Shown here: positions 25,143 through 34,128 of the stretch, in pieces
Layout: each line of letters starts with the position of its first letter
Numbering within the stretch: the stretch's first letter is position 1
Assembly (NCBI GenBank): GCA_965279035.1
Contig: OZ257142.1
Location: 864,001 to 928,000, forward strand
Length of the DNA stretch: 64,000 nucleotides
Source of the DNA: Bacteroidia bacterium
Lineage (GTDB): Bacteria > Bacteroidota > Bacteroidia > M30B66
Reading direction: 5' to 3'
Notes under the pieces: generated by a model
What the model saw: the letters and a program-made list of their open reading frames with translations, nothing else
The model's database searches: none
Told to the model about the DNA's origin: nothing
Program-made: the position numbers and the translations under genes

Positions 25143-26447
25143 ATGAATCGATTTGAAATAATAGGAGGCAAACGCCTTCATGGAGAAATAATCCCTCAAG
25201 GTGCAAAGAATGAAGCCTTACAGATTTTATGCGCTGTATTGCTTACTTCGGAACGTTGCATCATTCACAATGTACCCGACATTGTTGATGTAAATAAACT
25301 GATTGAGCTCCTTGAAGCTTTAGGAGTTAAAGTTGAAAAACTTGGAAATGGTTCTTGGGCATTTACAGCAAACAATGTAGATGTCGATTTCATGGTCTCT
25401 GAGGAGTTCAAGAAGAAAGGTTCTGCTTTGCGCGGTTCCGTTATGATTGTAGGACCATTATTAGCTCGTTTTGGTAGAGGATATATTCCCAAACCGGGTG
25501 GTGATAAAATAGGTCGCCGTAGAATGGATACCCATTTTATTGGTTTTCAGAATCTTGGTGCTAGTTTCGATTTTGATGGTGTTGATAGCTTTTATAAGGT
25601 AGAAGCGAAAGAGTTGAAAGGAGCATTCATGCTTTTGGATGAAGCATCCGTTACCGGAACTGCTAATATCTTGATGGCTGCAACTTTAGCCAAAGGGAGA
25701 ACCACCATTTTCAATGCAGCTTGCGAACCCTACATTCAGCAGTTGTGCAAAATGCTGAATAGCATGGGTGCAAAAATTACTGGTGTTGGTTCTAATTTAC
25801 TTACGATAGATGGAGTTTCCGAATTAGGTGGATGTGAGCATCGTATGCTTCCCGATATGATTGAAATTGGTTCATTCATCGGTTTAGCAGCAATGACTCA
25901 GAGTCATATCCGAATTAAAGACACTGGATACGATCACCTTGGAATGATTCCAGATGTTTTTAAACGATTAGGAATTGAATTGTATCGCGATGGAGATGAT
26001 ATAGTTATTCCAGAACAGGAAAGCTATACAATCAATAAATACATCGATGGTTCCATATTAACCGTTTCCGATTCTCCTTGGCCAGGATTCACCCCCGATT
26101 TATTAAGTATTGTTTTGGTAGTTGCAACACAAGCAAATGGTAGTGTTTTGATTCACCAAAAAATGTTCGAGAGTCGCTTGTTTTTTGTCGATAAACTCAT
26201 TGACATGGGTGCCCAAATTATTCTCTGCGATCCACATCGGGCTACGATCATTGGTCTCAACAGAAAATATAAATTGCGAGGAATCCGAATGACTTCTCCT
26301 GATATACGTGCCGGAGTTTCCTTACTTATCGCGGCTTTGTCGGCAGATGGAACAAGCGTCATCGACAATATCGAACAAATTGATCGTGGATATCAAAATA
26401 TCGATACACGTTTGCAAGCTCTAGGTGCTCAAATAAAACGATTCTAA
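25143..26447 (+). CDS. murA: UDP-N-acetylglucosamine 1-carboxyvinyltransferase (Asp-type active-site loop)
   Basis: GAKNEAL, PGGDKIGRR, SVTGTAN, WPGFTPD, DIRAG, IDRGY. Confidence 0.96.
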   Translation: MNRFEIIGGKRLHGEIIPQGAKNEALQILCAVLLTSERCIIHNVPDIVDVNKLIELLEALGVKVEKLGNGSWAFTANNVDVDFMVSEEFKKKGSALRGSVMIVGPLLARFGRGYIPKPGGDKIGRRRMDTHFIGFQNLGASFDFDGVDSFYKVEAKELKGAFMLLDEASVTGTANILMAATLAKGRTTIFNAACEPYIQQLCKMLNSMGAKITGVGSNLLTIDGVSELGGCEHRMLPDMIEIGSFIGLAAMTQSHIRIKDTGYDHLGMIPDVFKRLGIELYRDGDDIVIPEQESYTINKYIDGSILTVSDSPWPGFTPDLLSIVLVVATQANGSVLIHQKMFESRLFFVDKLIDMGAQIILCDPHRATIIGLNRKYKLRGIRMTSPDIRAGVSLLIAALSADGTSVIDNIEQIDRGYQNIDTRLQALGAQIKRF

Positions 26448-26462
26448 TTTTCGCTTTTTAGA

Positions 26463-28232
26463 ATGATCAACAGACTTTTTCATATTTCTACATCAAGTCT
26501 GTTGATCATTTTTCTTTTTATAGCACAGTGGCAAATTGTATTTGTTCGATTAGATAATGACCGAATAAAAAATGTAATTGGTTCTGATGGTACCGGTTAT
26601 TATGAGTATTTACCCAAAACATTTATTAAGAAGGATTATCCATACGCTCTTTTTGAGAGTGAAAATAACAAGCAAGCGATTAAGCCAGAACAACTAAAAT
26701 CCATTACTGGAGGTCCTGTAGATAAATATTTCTTTGGCGAAGCTTTCGCCGTCTTACCTTTTTTTCTTGCTGCTGATTTTTTCACTCAAGCGCTTCGTCC
26801 TGATATGCGAGACGGATATTCGTCTTACTATCAAATTGCTATATCATTAGCTGCATTAACGTATTTATTTCTAGGCTTGTGGATGATGCATCGCATGCTT
26901 AGAAGAATGAATTATGCTCAAGAAATAATCAACCTCATACTTGTCCTAATTTTTCTTGGAACAAACTTGTATTACTACGCGCTTCAAGAGCCAAGTATGT
27001 CGCATGTTTATTCATTTGCTTTTGTTTCCATTTTTCTTGATCAACTGCATTTGCAAATCCAAAATCCTAAAAATTCTCGTTGGATTTTACTTGCATTTTT
27101 TCTTTCAATTATAGTTTTCATCAGACCTGTAAATGCGCTATTGGTATTAGCTATTTTTCCATTGGCAGGCTCATTTACTGTTATTCGCAAACTAGGATTT
27201 CATTTAATAAACAAGCCAATTTATTTACTGATTTCCCTTTTTATTCCCATTTTATTCATCGGTATCCAAAGTGCATTTTATTATGTTCAATCGGGCATGT
27301 GGTGGATTGATAGTTATGGTGATGAAGGATTCAACTTTACAAAACCAGAAATAATCAATGTATTATTCAGTTTCCGTAAGGGGCTCTTTGTATACACACC
27401 ACTCATGCTCCTTATTTTTCCTGGATTATGGATTTACAAACAGCGTGAAGGCGTTTTTAGTTTCTTTTCTTGGATTGTTGTTTGGGGAATATTGATTTAT
27501 GCGATTTCTAGCTGGTGGTATTGGGCGTATGGCGGAAGTTTCGGAATGAGACCAATCATTGATCTTTATCCATTAATGGTTTTGCCAATAGCAGCTCTAG
27601 CTGAAAGAGTGTATAGGAGCTATTTAAAATTCCGATTCTTTTTAATTCTTATCGCATTTGGATTATTTCTCAATTTGCTTCAAACATGGCAATATGTTCA
27701 AGCGATAATGCCATATGAAGGAATGAATCGAGCTCGATACGCTCATATTTTCTTAGAAACCCAAAGGCATTTCCGTTTTATTTATCCAGCCGAAACAACT
27801 GGTGAGCCTTTCAATCAGTATAGTTCAGAAATTGTTTTTTCAAAAAAAGCGATTGGTAATGATGTGGTTTGTGTTGGAGACCAGTCAGGGAAAAACAAAG
27901 TGATCGATTTTATAGCAAATCCTTTTAAAGAAATACTGAGAGATAGCATTTTACCTCGATGTTGGCTAGAAATCGAAGGTCAATTCAAGATGGAAGATGC
28001 TTCTTCCGATGCTTCATTTATAACTTCCATTCAAAATGAGGAATGTTGGTATTGGAATCGAACGTATTTAATTCAATTCATTGATATAAGCTCGGAGTGG
28101 AAGGAGATTCATGTAAAGATTGATTTACCTGATCTTCACAATCCAAACGATAAATTTACCGTTTCACTTTTGAATGAAGGAAAATCTCAAGTGGAAGCGC
28201 GTCAGGTTCAAATAAAGTTATTGCGCAAATAG
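26463..28232 (+). CDS. Polytopic membrane protein, probable GT-C glycosyltransferase with C-terminal soluble domain
   Basis: About 11-12 TM segments, SDGTGYYEYLP loop, MSHVYSF, IRPVN, KGLFVYTP, WWYWAYGGSFGMRP. Confidence 0.6.
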   Translation: MINRLFHISTSSLLIIFLFIAQWQIVFVRLDNDRIKNVIGSDGTGYYEYLPKTFIKKDYPYALFESENNKQAIKPEQLKSITGGPVDKYFFGEAFAVLPFFLAADFFTQALRPDMRDGYSSYYQIAISLAALTYLFLGLWMMHRMLRRMNYAQEIINLILVLIFLGTNLYYYALQEPSMSHVYSFAFVSIFLDQLHLQIQNPKNSRWILLAFFLSIIVFIRPVNALLVLAIFPLAGSFTVIRKLGFHLINKPIYLLISLFIPILFIGIQSAFYYVQSGMWWIDSYGDEGFNFTKPEIINVLFSFRKGLFVYTPLMLLIFPGLWIYKQREGVFSFFSWIVVWGILIYAISSWWYWAYGGSFGMRPIIDLYPLMVLPIAALAERVYRSYLKFRFFLILIAFGLFLNLLQTWQYVQAIMPYEGMNRARYAHIFLETQRHFRFIYPAETTGEPFNQYSSEIVFSKKAIGNDVVCVGDQSGKNKVIDFIANPFKEILRDSILPRCWLEIEGQFKMEDASSDASFITSIQNEECWYWNRTYLIQFIDISSEWKEIHVKIDLPDLHNPNDKFTVSLLNEGKSQVEARQVQIKLLRK

Positions 28233-28282
28233 CTTCATTTTTAGTGGTATCATTTTTGACAATTTTTTATAAATTTGACCTT

Positions 28283-28837
28283 ATGAAAAGACTGAATTTA
28301 TTTCTATTAGTTGCTGCTGTGGCACTTGTACTTGGCGGTACATTTTTAAACGGAAGCAATACAAAATCTCCCAATCTTGTTCCACCAGTTGGAGTACAAA
28401 TTGGAAATCTAGCTCCAGAACTTGCTTTTAACAGTCCTGATGGAAAGGAAATTAAATTATCATCACTCCGTGGAAGAGTAGTTTTGATTGATTTTTGGGC
28501 ATCTTGGTGTGGTCCATGCCGGATGGAAAATCCCAATGTTGTGAGGGCTTACCAGAAGTATTCAAAAATGAAATTCAAAGACGCAAAAGGCTTTACTATT
28601 TACAATGTTTCTTTGGATATGAAAAAAGATGCATGGGTAAATGCAATTAAAAAAGACGGATTAGAATGGGAATATCACGTGAGCGATTTAGGTGGATGGG
28701 GCTCAAAAGCTGCAGCACTTTATGGTGTAAATAGCATTCCTGCTAATTATTTGATCGATGCAAAAGGTGTGATCATTGCAAAGAATCTTCGAGGCGCTGC
28801 TTTAGAAGCTGAGCTAGATAAACTCGTTAAGAATTAA
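28283..28837 (+). CDS. TlpA/ResA-like thiol-disulfide oxidoreductase
   Basis: LIDFWASWCGPCR; N-terminal signal/anchor; start at 28283 supported by TAAATTTG at 28270-28277. Confidence 0.9.
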   Translation: MKRLNLFLLVAAVALVLGGTFLNGSNTKSPNLVPPVGVQIGNLAPELAFNSPDGKEIKLSSLRGRVVLIDFWASWCGPCRMENPNVVRAYQKYSKMKFKDAKGFTIYNVSLDMKKDAWVNAIKKDGLEWEYHVSDLGGWGSKAAALYGVNSIPANYLIDAKGVIIAKNLRGAALEAELDKLVKN

Positions 28838-28857
28838 TTCCTACAAAATCTTCTTCC

Positions 28858-28887
28858 AAACCCTGACAATTTAGTCGGGGTTTTTTT
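28858..28887 (+). terminator. Intrinsic terminator after TlpA gene
   Basis: AAACCCTGAC-AATTTA-GTCGGGG-TTTTTTT. Confidence 0.8.
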
Positions 28888-28900
28888 ATGTTTTTAATTG

Positions 28901-28954
28901 ATTTGACAATGTTCTGTCAAATTGTCTAACCCTTGCTACTGGCACCATCGTTGT
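28901..28954 (+). promoter_or_regulatory. Sigma54-like promoter and upstream TGACA/TGTCA palindrome for grpE-dnaJ
   Basis: TGGCAC-CATCG-TTGT at 28940-28954; ATTTGACA-N6-TGTCAAAT at 28901-28922. Confidence 0.55.
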
Positions 28955-28976
28955 CAATCAGGCGCGAATTTGAATT

Positions 28977-29609
28977 ATGCGTAATCGCATTCGTAATTTC
29001 TTTACTACTATGAATCAGCCAGGAACATCCCCTGCAAACGAAAGTGAATTGAATCCATCGGACTCAAGCAATGAATCGGTAAATACAGAAGAACAAGTTG
29101 TTGCCGAAACAGAAGTGCAAAGTGAAGAACCCGCTTCTCCTGAACAAATGCAAGAGGCATTGAAAGGTGAAAATTGGGAATCGAAATACAACGAAATGAA
29201 TGATCGGTACTTGAGGCTTTATTCAGAGTTTGATAATTACCGAAAACGTAGTGCACGCGAACGAGTTGAATTGGTTAAAACTGCAGGCGCTGACATTTTT
29301 ACTGCCATTCTGCCTGTTTTAGACGATTTTGATCGTGCCGCAAAGGCGATGGAAAATGCAGATGATATTTCGGTTATTCGTGATGGAATGCAATTAATTC
29401 ATTCGAAATTTCGAAATATTCTTGTATCAAAAGGACTAGAAGAAATGCCTTCTACAGGATTAGTTTTCGATGCTGATATTCATGAGGCGATCACCTTAAT
29501 TCCCGCACCTGAAGAAGGTTTGAAAGGAAAAGTAATTGATGAATTGGAAAAAGGATATTCACTCCATGGAAAAGTGATTCGCTTTGCAAAAGTGATTGTT
29601 GGAAGTTAA
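28977..29609 (+). CDS. grpE: Nucleotide exchange factor GrpE
   Basis: [49 protein letters not shown]; start could be 29010. Confidence 0.96.
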   Translation: MRNRIRNFFTTMNQPGTSPANESELNPSDSSNESVNTEEQVVAETEVQSEEPASPEQMQEALKGENWESKYNEMNDRYLRLYSEFDNYRKRSARERVELVKTAGADIFTAILPVLDDFDRAAKAMENADDISVIRDGMQLIHSKFRNILVSKGLEEMPSTGLVFDADIHEAITLIPAPEEGLKGKVIDELEKGYSLHGKVIRFAKVIVGS

Positions 29610-29619
29610 AAGTAACAGA

Positions 29620-30780
29620 ATGGCTAAAAGAGATTATTACGATATCCTTGGAATAGGGAAGAGTGCCGATGAGGCTGAAATAAAGAAAGCCTATCGGAAA
29701 ATGGCTGTTAAATACCATCCGGATAAAAATCCAGGTGATAAAGAATCAGAAGAAAAATTTAAAGAAGCTGCAGAAGCCTATGATGTTTTAAGCAATGCCG
29801 ATAAACGTGCCCGTTATGATCGTTTTGGTCATCAAGGTGCAGCAAGTTCAGCTTCAGGCGGATATGGGCAAGGTGGAATGAACATGGAAGATATCTTCAG
29901 TCAGTTTGGAGATATCTTCGGACAAGCTGGATTTGGTGGTGGTTTTAGTGGCGGTTTTGGAGGCGGACAACAACAAGGTCGGCGCGTAAATAAAGGCACC
30001 AATCTTCGTATTAAAGTCAAACTCACCCTTGAAGAAATTGCAACGGGCGTAGAAAAGAAAATCAAAGTCAATAAGTTTATCCCTTGCAAAACCTGTTCTG
30101 GAACAGGCGCTGATAAAGGCTCTTCGTTTAATACTTGCGGAACATGTAAGGGAGCAGGACGTGTAACTCGTATTACCAATACCATTTTGGGACAAATGCA
30201 AACCGCATCTACTTGTCCTACCTGCGATGGTGAGGGTAGAATTATAGCAAGTAAATGCAAAAGTTGTTCTGGTGATGGAATCGTAAGAGACGAGGAAGTT
30301 ATTAGTATTAATATTCCTGCAGGAGTTGGCGAAGGAATGCAATTGAATGTTGCTGGAAGAGGAAATGCGGCACCGCGAGGTGGAATTGCTGGAGATCTTT
30401 TAGTGAGTATTGAAGAAATAGAGCATGCTGAATTAAAGCGTGATGGAAATAATCTCTATCACGATTGTTATATCAGTTTTGCAGACGCTGCTCTTGGAAC
30501 TTCCATTGAAATCCCAACACTAGACGGAAAAGCAAAATTTAAAATTGATCCTGGAACTCAAAGTGGAAAAGTCTATCGCTTACGTGGAAAAGGACTTCCA
30601 GAAGTAAATAGCTACGAACGAGGAGATTTATTAGTAGATGTCAACGTTTGGACGCCACAACAACTCAGTGCAGAAGAACGCCAAATACTTGAAAACCTCC
30701 GATCGGCGGCTAATTTTGCTCCTCAACCTGGGAAAAAAGAGAAATCCTTCTTCGATCGTATGAAGGAATACTTTCATTAA
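29620..30780 (+). CDS. dnaJ: Chaperone DnaJ
   Basis: [16 protein letters not shown] region, four CxxCxGxG motifs. Confidence 0.98.
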   Translation: MAKRDYYDILGIGKSADEAEIKKAYRKMAVKYHPDKNPGDKESEEKFKEAAEAYDVLSNADKRARYDRFGHQGAASSASGGYGQGGMNMEDIFSQFGDIFGQAGFGGGFSGGFGGGQQQGRRVNKGTNLRIKVKLTLEEIATGVEKKIKVNKFIPCKTCSGTGADKGSSFNTCGTCKGAGRVTRITNTILGQMQTASTCPTCDGEGRIIASKCKSCSGDGIVRDEEVISINIPAGVGEGMQLNVAGRGNAAPRGGIAGDLLVSIEEIEHAELKRDGNNLYHDCYISFADAALGTSIEIPTLDGKAKFKIDPGTQSGKVYRLRGKGLPEVNSYERGDLLVDVNVWTPQQLSAEERQILENLRSAANFAPQPGKKEKSFFDRMKEYFH

Positions 30781-30801
30781 GCTTTTCAATTAATATATTT
30801 G

Positions 30802-30824
30802 ACGGTCAGCTATGACCGTTTTTT
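30802..30824 (+). terminator. Intrinsic terminator of grpE-dnaJ, adjacent to the next promoter
   Basis: ACGGTCA-GCTA-TGACCGT-TTTTT; TATATTTG at 30794-30801 immediately upstream. Confidence 0.65.
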
Positions 30825-30827
30825 ATT

Positions 30828-31751
30828 ATGTCTCCACCCATTTTTGAAGCCCGAAATATCTTTAAAAGCTATGGTAATTATCAAGCTTTAAATGATATCA
30901 GTATTTCGGTAGAACGAGGTTCTGTATTTGGATTACTTGGGCCGAATGGTGCTGGTAAAACCTCTTTGATTCGAATTATCAATCAAATTACTGCACCTGA
31001 TAAAGGAGAGCTTTATTTTGATGGTAAATCGATGAATTTATCTCATGTTCAACGTATTGGATATCTTCCGGAAGAGCGTGGCTTATACAAAAAAATGCAA
31101 GTTGGAGAGCAATGTCTCTATCTAGCTCGTTTGCGTGGACTTGATAAACACGAGGCAAAACGTCGACTTCGAATTTGGTTTGAGAAATTCGAAATGCAAT
31201 CGTGGTGGAACAAGAAAATAGAAGAGCTTTCAAAAGGAATGGCTCAGAAAGTTCAATTTGTTGTAACAGTTCTTCATGAACCCGAATTACTCATTTTTGA
31301 TGAGCCATTTTCAGGTTTTGACCCTGTGAATGCAGCCGTTATTCGGAATGAAATATTGGATCTTAAAAAGAATGGTGCTACTATTATTTTTTCAACTCAC
31401 CGGATGGAAACGGTAGAGGAATTATGTGATAGTATCGCCTTGATCAACAAGAGTAAGAAGATTCTCGATGGCAAAGTAAGAGATATCAAAAATGAGTTCC
31501 GCACAAATACGTTTGAAATGGAATTTAGAGGCAATCTCTTATCATTTACAACAGCTTTATGGACAGGATTTGAATTGCTTGAAAAAGAAGCTGACGGAAA
31601 TCATTGTAAGGTGCGTTTGAAGATGCTTGGAAGCAATTCTGTTAACAATTTATTTAATGCTGTGATGCCTGTTTGCGAAGTGGTAAGCTTTCGGGAAGTT
31701 GTCCCAACCATGGATGAAATCTTTATTCGTAACGTTCAAGAACCCGCATAA
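30828..31751 (+). CDS. ABC-2 transporter ATP-binding protein (NatA/YhaQ-like)
   Basis: GPNGAGKT, LSKGMAQK, DEPFSGFDP, STH. Confidence 0.92.
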   Translation: MSPPIFEARNIFKSYGNYQALNDISISVERGSVFGLLGPNGAGKTSLIRIINQITAPDKGELYFDGKSMNLSHVQRIGYLPEERGLYKKMQVGEQCLYLARLRGLDKHEAKRRLRIWFEKFEMQSWWNKKIEELSKGMAQKVQFVVTVLHEPELLIFDEPFSGFDPVNAAVIRNEILDLKKNGATIIFSTHRMETVEELCDSIALINKSKKILDGKVRDIKNEFRTNTFEMEFRGNLLSFTTALWTGFELLEKEADGNHCKVRLKMLGSNSVNNLFNAVMPVCEVVSFREVVPTMDEIFIRNVQEPA

Positions 31752-31754
31752 GTC

Positions 31755-33089
31755 ATGGGAAAAATTAGCTTGATTATTCAGAGAGAATACTTAACACGGG
31801 TTCGCAAAAGGTCATTTATTATTATGACGATTTTAGGTCCTTTGCTTATGGCTGGAGTTGCCATTGTACCTATGTGGCTTGCCAATGCGAATGAAACGGT
31901 TCGAAGTATTGTTGTTCTTGATGAAACGGGAGTGGTTGACTATCAACTTAAATCCAATGAGAACATTCAATTTAATTATACACATTCAACGTTAGAGGAT
32001 GCTAAAAAGAATTTAGATAATTCGGCAAACTATGCCCTTGTTTATATTCCTAAAGGACAGGATGATAATCTTTTACTCACTCAAAAGAGCATCAAACTGT
32101 ATTCGAAAGAGCAAGTGAGTTTGAACGTGAAAACGTATATCGCCAATCAAATTGAAAAGCAGATTGAGCGTGCCATGCTTAAATCGAGTGGGGTTGATAA
32201 AGATTTGGTTGCAAGTATCGAAAAGGCAGTTCACGTTACGATTTCAACCGTTACTTCGGATCAAAAAAGCAAAAGTGATGTGAGTAATGATGTAGAAGTA
32301 AGTACCATTTTAGGGGCTATTTCGGGATTTCTGATTTACTTTTTCATCTTCTTTTTTGGTGCTCAGGTAATGCGCGGAGTAATTGAAGAAAAAAACAACC
32401 GCATTGTTGAAGTAATCATTTCGAGCGTAAAACCCTTTCAATTAATGATGGGGAAAATCATTGGAATTGCATTAGTTGGACTTACACAGTTTTTACTGTG
32501 GGTAGTACTTACTGGAACACTCTATTCTACTTTCTTGAATACTGTTGTAAAAGATAAATATAGTGCGGAGAAAATTGAAATGCTCAAAGTAAAAAGTCCT
32601 GATGGAACAGCTGTAGAAAACATTGATCAGATTACAGAAAACAGGGAAGTCATTGATGGAATTAATAGTGTCAATTGGGCTTTAATAATCCCCTGTTTCA
32701 TATTCTACTTTCTCGGAGGATATCTCTTATATGGTGCGCTTTTCGCCGCTGTTGGAGGTGCTGTTGATACCGATTCGGATACTCAACAATTTGTTTTACC
32801 CATTACAATTCCTCTCATTTTCTCATTCATTATGGCTCAAACTGTATTGAATGATCCAACTGGAGTTATGGCTCGTTGGCTTTCGATTATTCCATTCACA
32901 TCACCCATTATCATGATGGTTCGATTACCTTTTCAAGTTCCTGTTTGGGAGCTCGTTTTATCCATGGTGATGCTAGTTTTGGGTTTTGTTTTCACTACGT
33001 GGATGGCCGGAAAAGTATACAGAACCGGAATTCTTATGTATGGAAAACGCGTAACATGGCGCGAAATGGCTCGTTGGCTTCGTTATTAA
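31755..33089 (+). CDS. ABC-2 transporter permease (NatB/YhaP-like)
   Basis: REYLTRVR, large periplasmic loop, GVIEEKNNRIVEVIISS, GKIIG. Confidence 0.92.
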   Translation: MGKISLIIQREYLTRVRKRSFIIMTILGPLLMAGVAIVPMWLANANETVRSIVVLDETGVVDYQLKSNENIQFNYTHSTLEDAKKNLDNSANYALVYIPKGQDDNLLLTQKSIKLYSKEQVSLNVKTYIANQIEKQIERAMLKSSGVDKDLVASIEKAVHVTISTVTSDQKSKSDVSNDVEVSTILGAISGFLIYFFIFFFGAQVMRGVIEEKNNRIVEVIISSVKPFQLMMGKIIGIALVGLTQFLLWVVLTGTLYSTFLNTVVKDKYSAEKIEMLKVKSPDGTAVENIDQITENREVIDGINSVNWALIIPCFIFYFLGGYLLYGALFAAVGGAVDTDSDTQQFVLPITIPLIFSFIMAQTVLNDPTGVMARWLSIIPFTSPIIMMVRLPFQVPVWELVLSMVMLVLGFVFTTWMAGKVYRTGILMYGKRVTWREMARWLRY

Positions 33090-33177
33090 TCTGTATAAAA
33101 CCGTTAATAACCTGTTAACATTCTATCCGGAATACCGCTTTCGGATTTCTTAACATTGGGGCTTCAATTTCTCTAGT

Positions 33178-34128
33178 GTGAAGCTTGCCATTATTGATAT
33201 CGGTACGAATACTTTTAAACTCATGATCGCCCGCGTTCAAGAGGACGGTCAGTTTATCGTTATTGATAAAGAAAAGATTCCTGTTAAGTTGGGAGAAGGT
33301 GGAATTAATAACCATGTGATTGCTCATAGTCCATTTTTACGTGGATTAAAAGCTATGAAAACCCACAAGGCTCGCATTGATCGATTTGAGGTCGATAAAA
33401 CGCTTGCCTTTGCTACATCTGCTATTCGGAGTGCTTCGAATGGAAAAGATTTCGTTAAAAAAGTGAAGTTGGAAACCGGGATCGATATTGAAATTATCTC
33501 TGGTGATCGCGAAGCAGAATTAATCTATTATGGTGTTCGGCAAGCACTCGATTTAGGTGCTGAGAAAAGCCTCATCATGGATATTGGCGGAGGAAGTACT
33601 GAATTTATAATAGCCGATAAAGACCGTATTTACTGGAAACATAGTTTTGATCTTGGAGCAGCTCGACTGTTGGAAGTAATCAATCCTTCGGAACCTATTA
33701 CAAAAGCAGAAATCAAAAAGCTGAAAGGATACCTGAAAGAACAAATGCTTATCCTTTGGGGCGCCTGTGAATTGCATTCAGTAAAATCACTTGTGGGCTC
33801 ATCGGGAAGTTTTGATTCCCTTGCTGAGATGATCTATTATCGGTATCATACGGAGGAAAATCCATTAGTGAAAACGGAATATAATTTCGATTTAGAACAT
33901 TTCGAAGCGATCTATAAAATCCTGATCAACTCAACAATTGAAAAGCGTTTTAAAATGAAAGGCTTAGCTGCAATGCGTGTTGAAATGATTGTTGTTGCAG
34001 TAATTATGATTAAATATGTGATGAAAAAAGTAGAATTAAATAAGATGCGTTTATCTACCTTTTCACTCAAAGAAGGAATTCTTTTTGACCATTTGCGCAC
34101 CAGTAAAGAACACGAAAATCATGGCTAA
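33178..34128 (+). CDS. ppx: Ppx/GppA family exopolyphosphatase (GTG start)
   Basis: AIIDIGTNT, ATSAIRSA, EAELIY, DIGGGSTE, LKEG. Confidence 0.9.
   Translation: MKLAIIDIGTNTFKLMIARVQEDGQFIVIDKEKIPVKLGEGGINNHVIAHSPFLRGLKAMKTHKARIDRFEVDKTLAFATSAIRSASNGKDFVKKVKLETGIDIEIISGDREAELIYYGVRQALDLGAEKSLIMDIGGGSTEFIIADKDRIYWKHSFDLGAARLLEVINPSEPITKAEIKKLKGYLKEQMLILWGACELHSVKSLVGSSGSFDSLAEMIYYRYHTEENPLVKTEYNFDLEHFEAIYKILINSTIEKRFKMKGLAAMRVEMIVVAVIMIKYVMKKVELNKMRLSTFSLKEGILFDHLRTSKEHENHG

Noticed and set aside
29854-30342. 162-aa and 119-aa ORFs antisense to dnaJ
   Set aside because: Fully nested opposite dnaJ; composition is explained by the Gly-rich sense strand.
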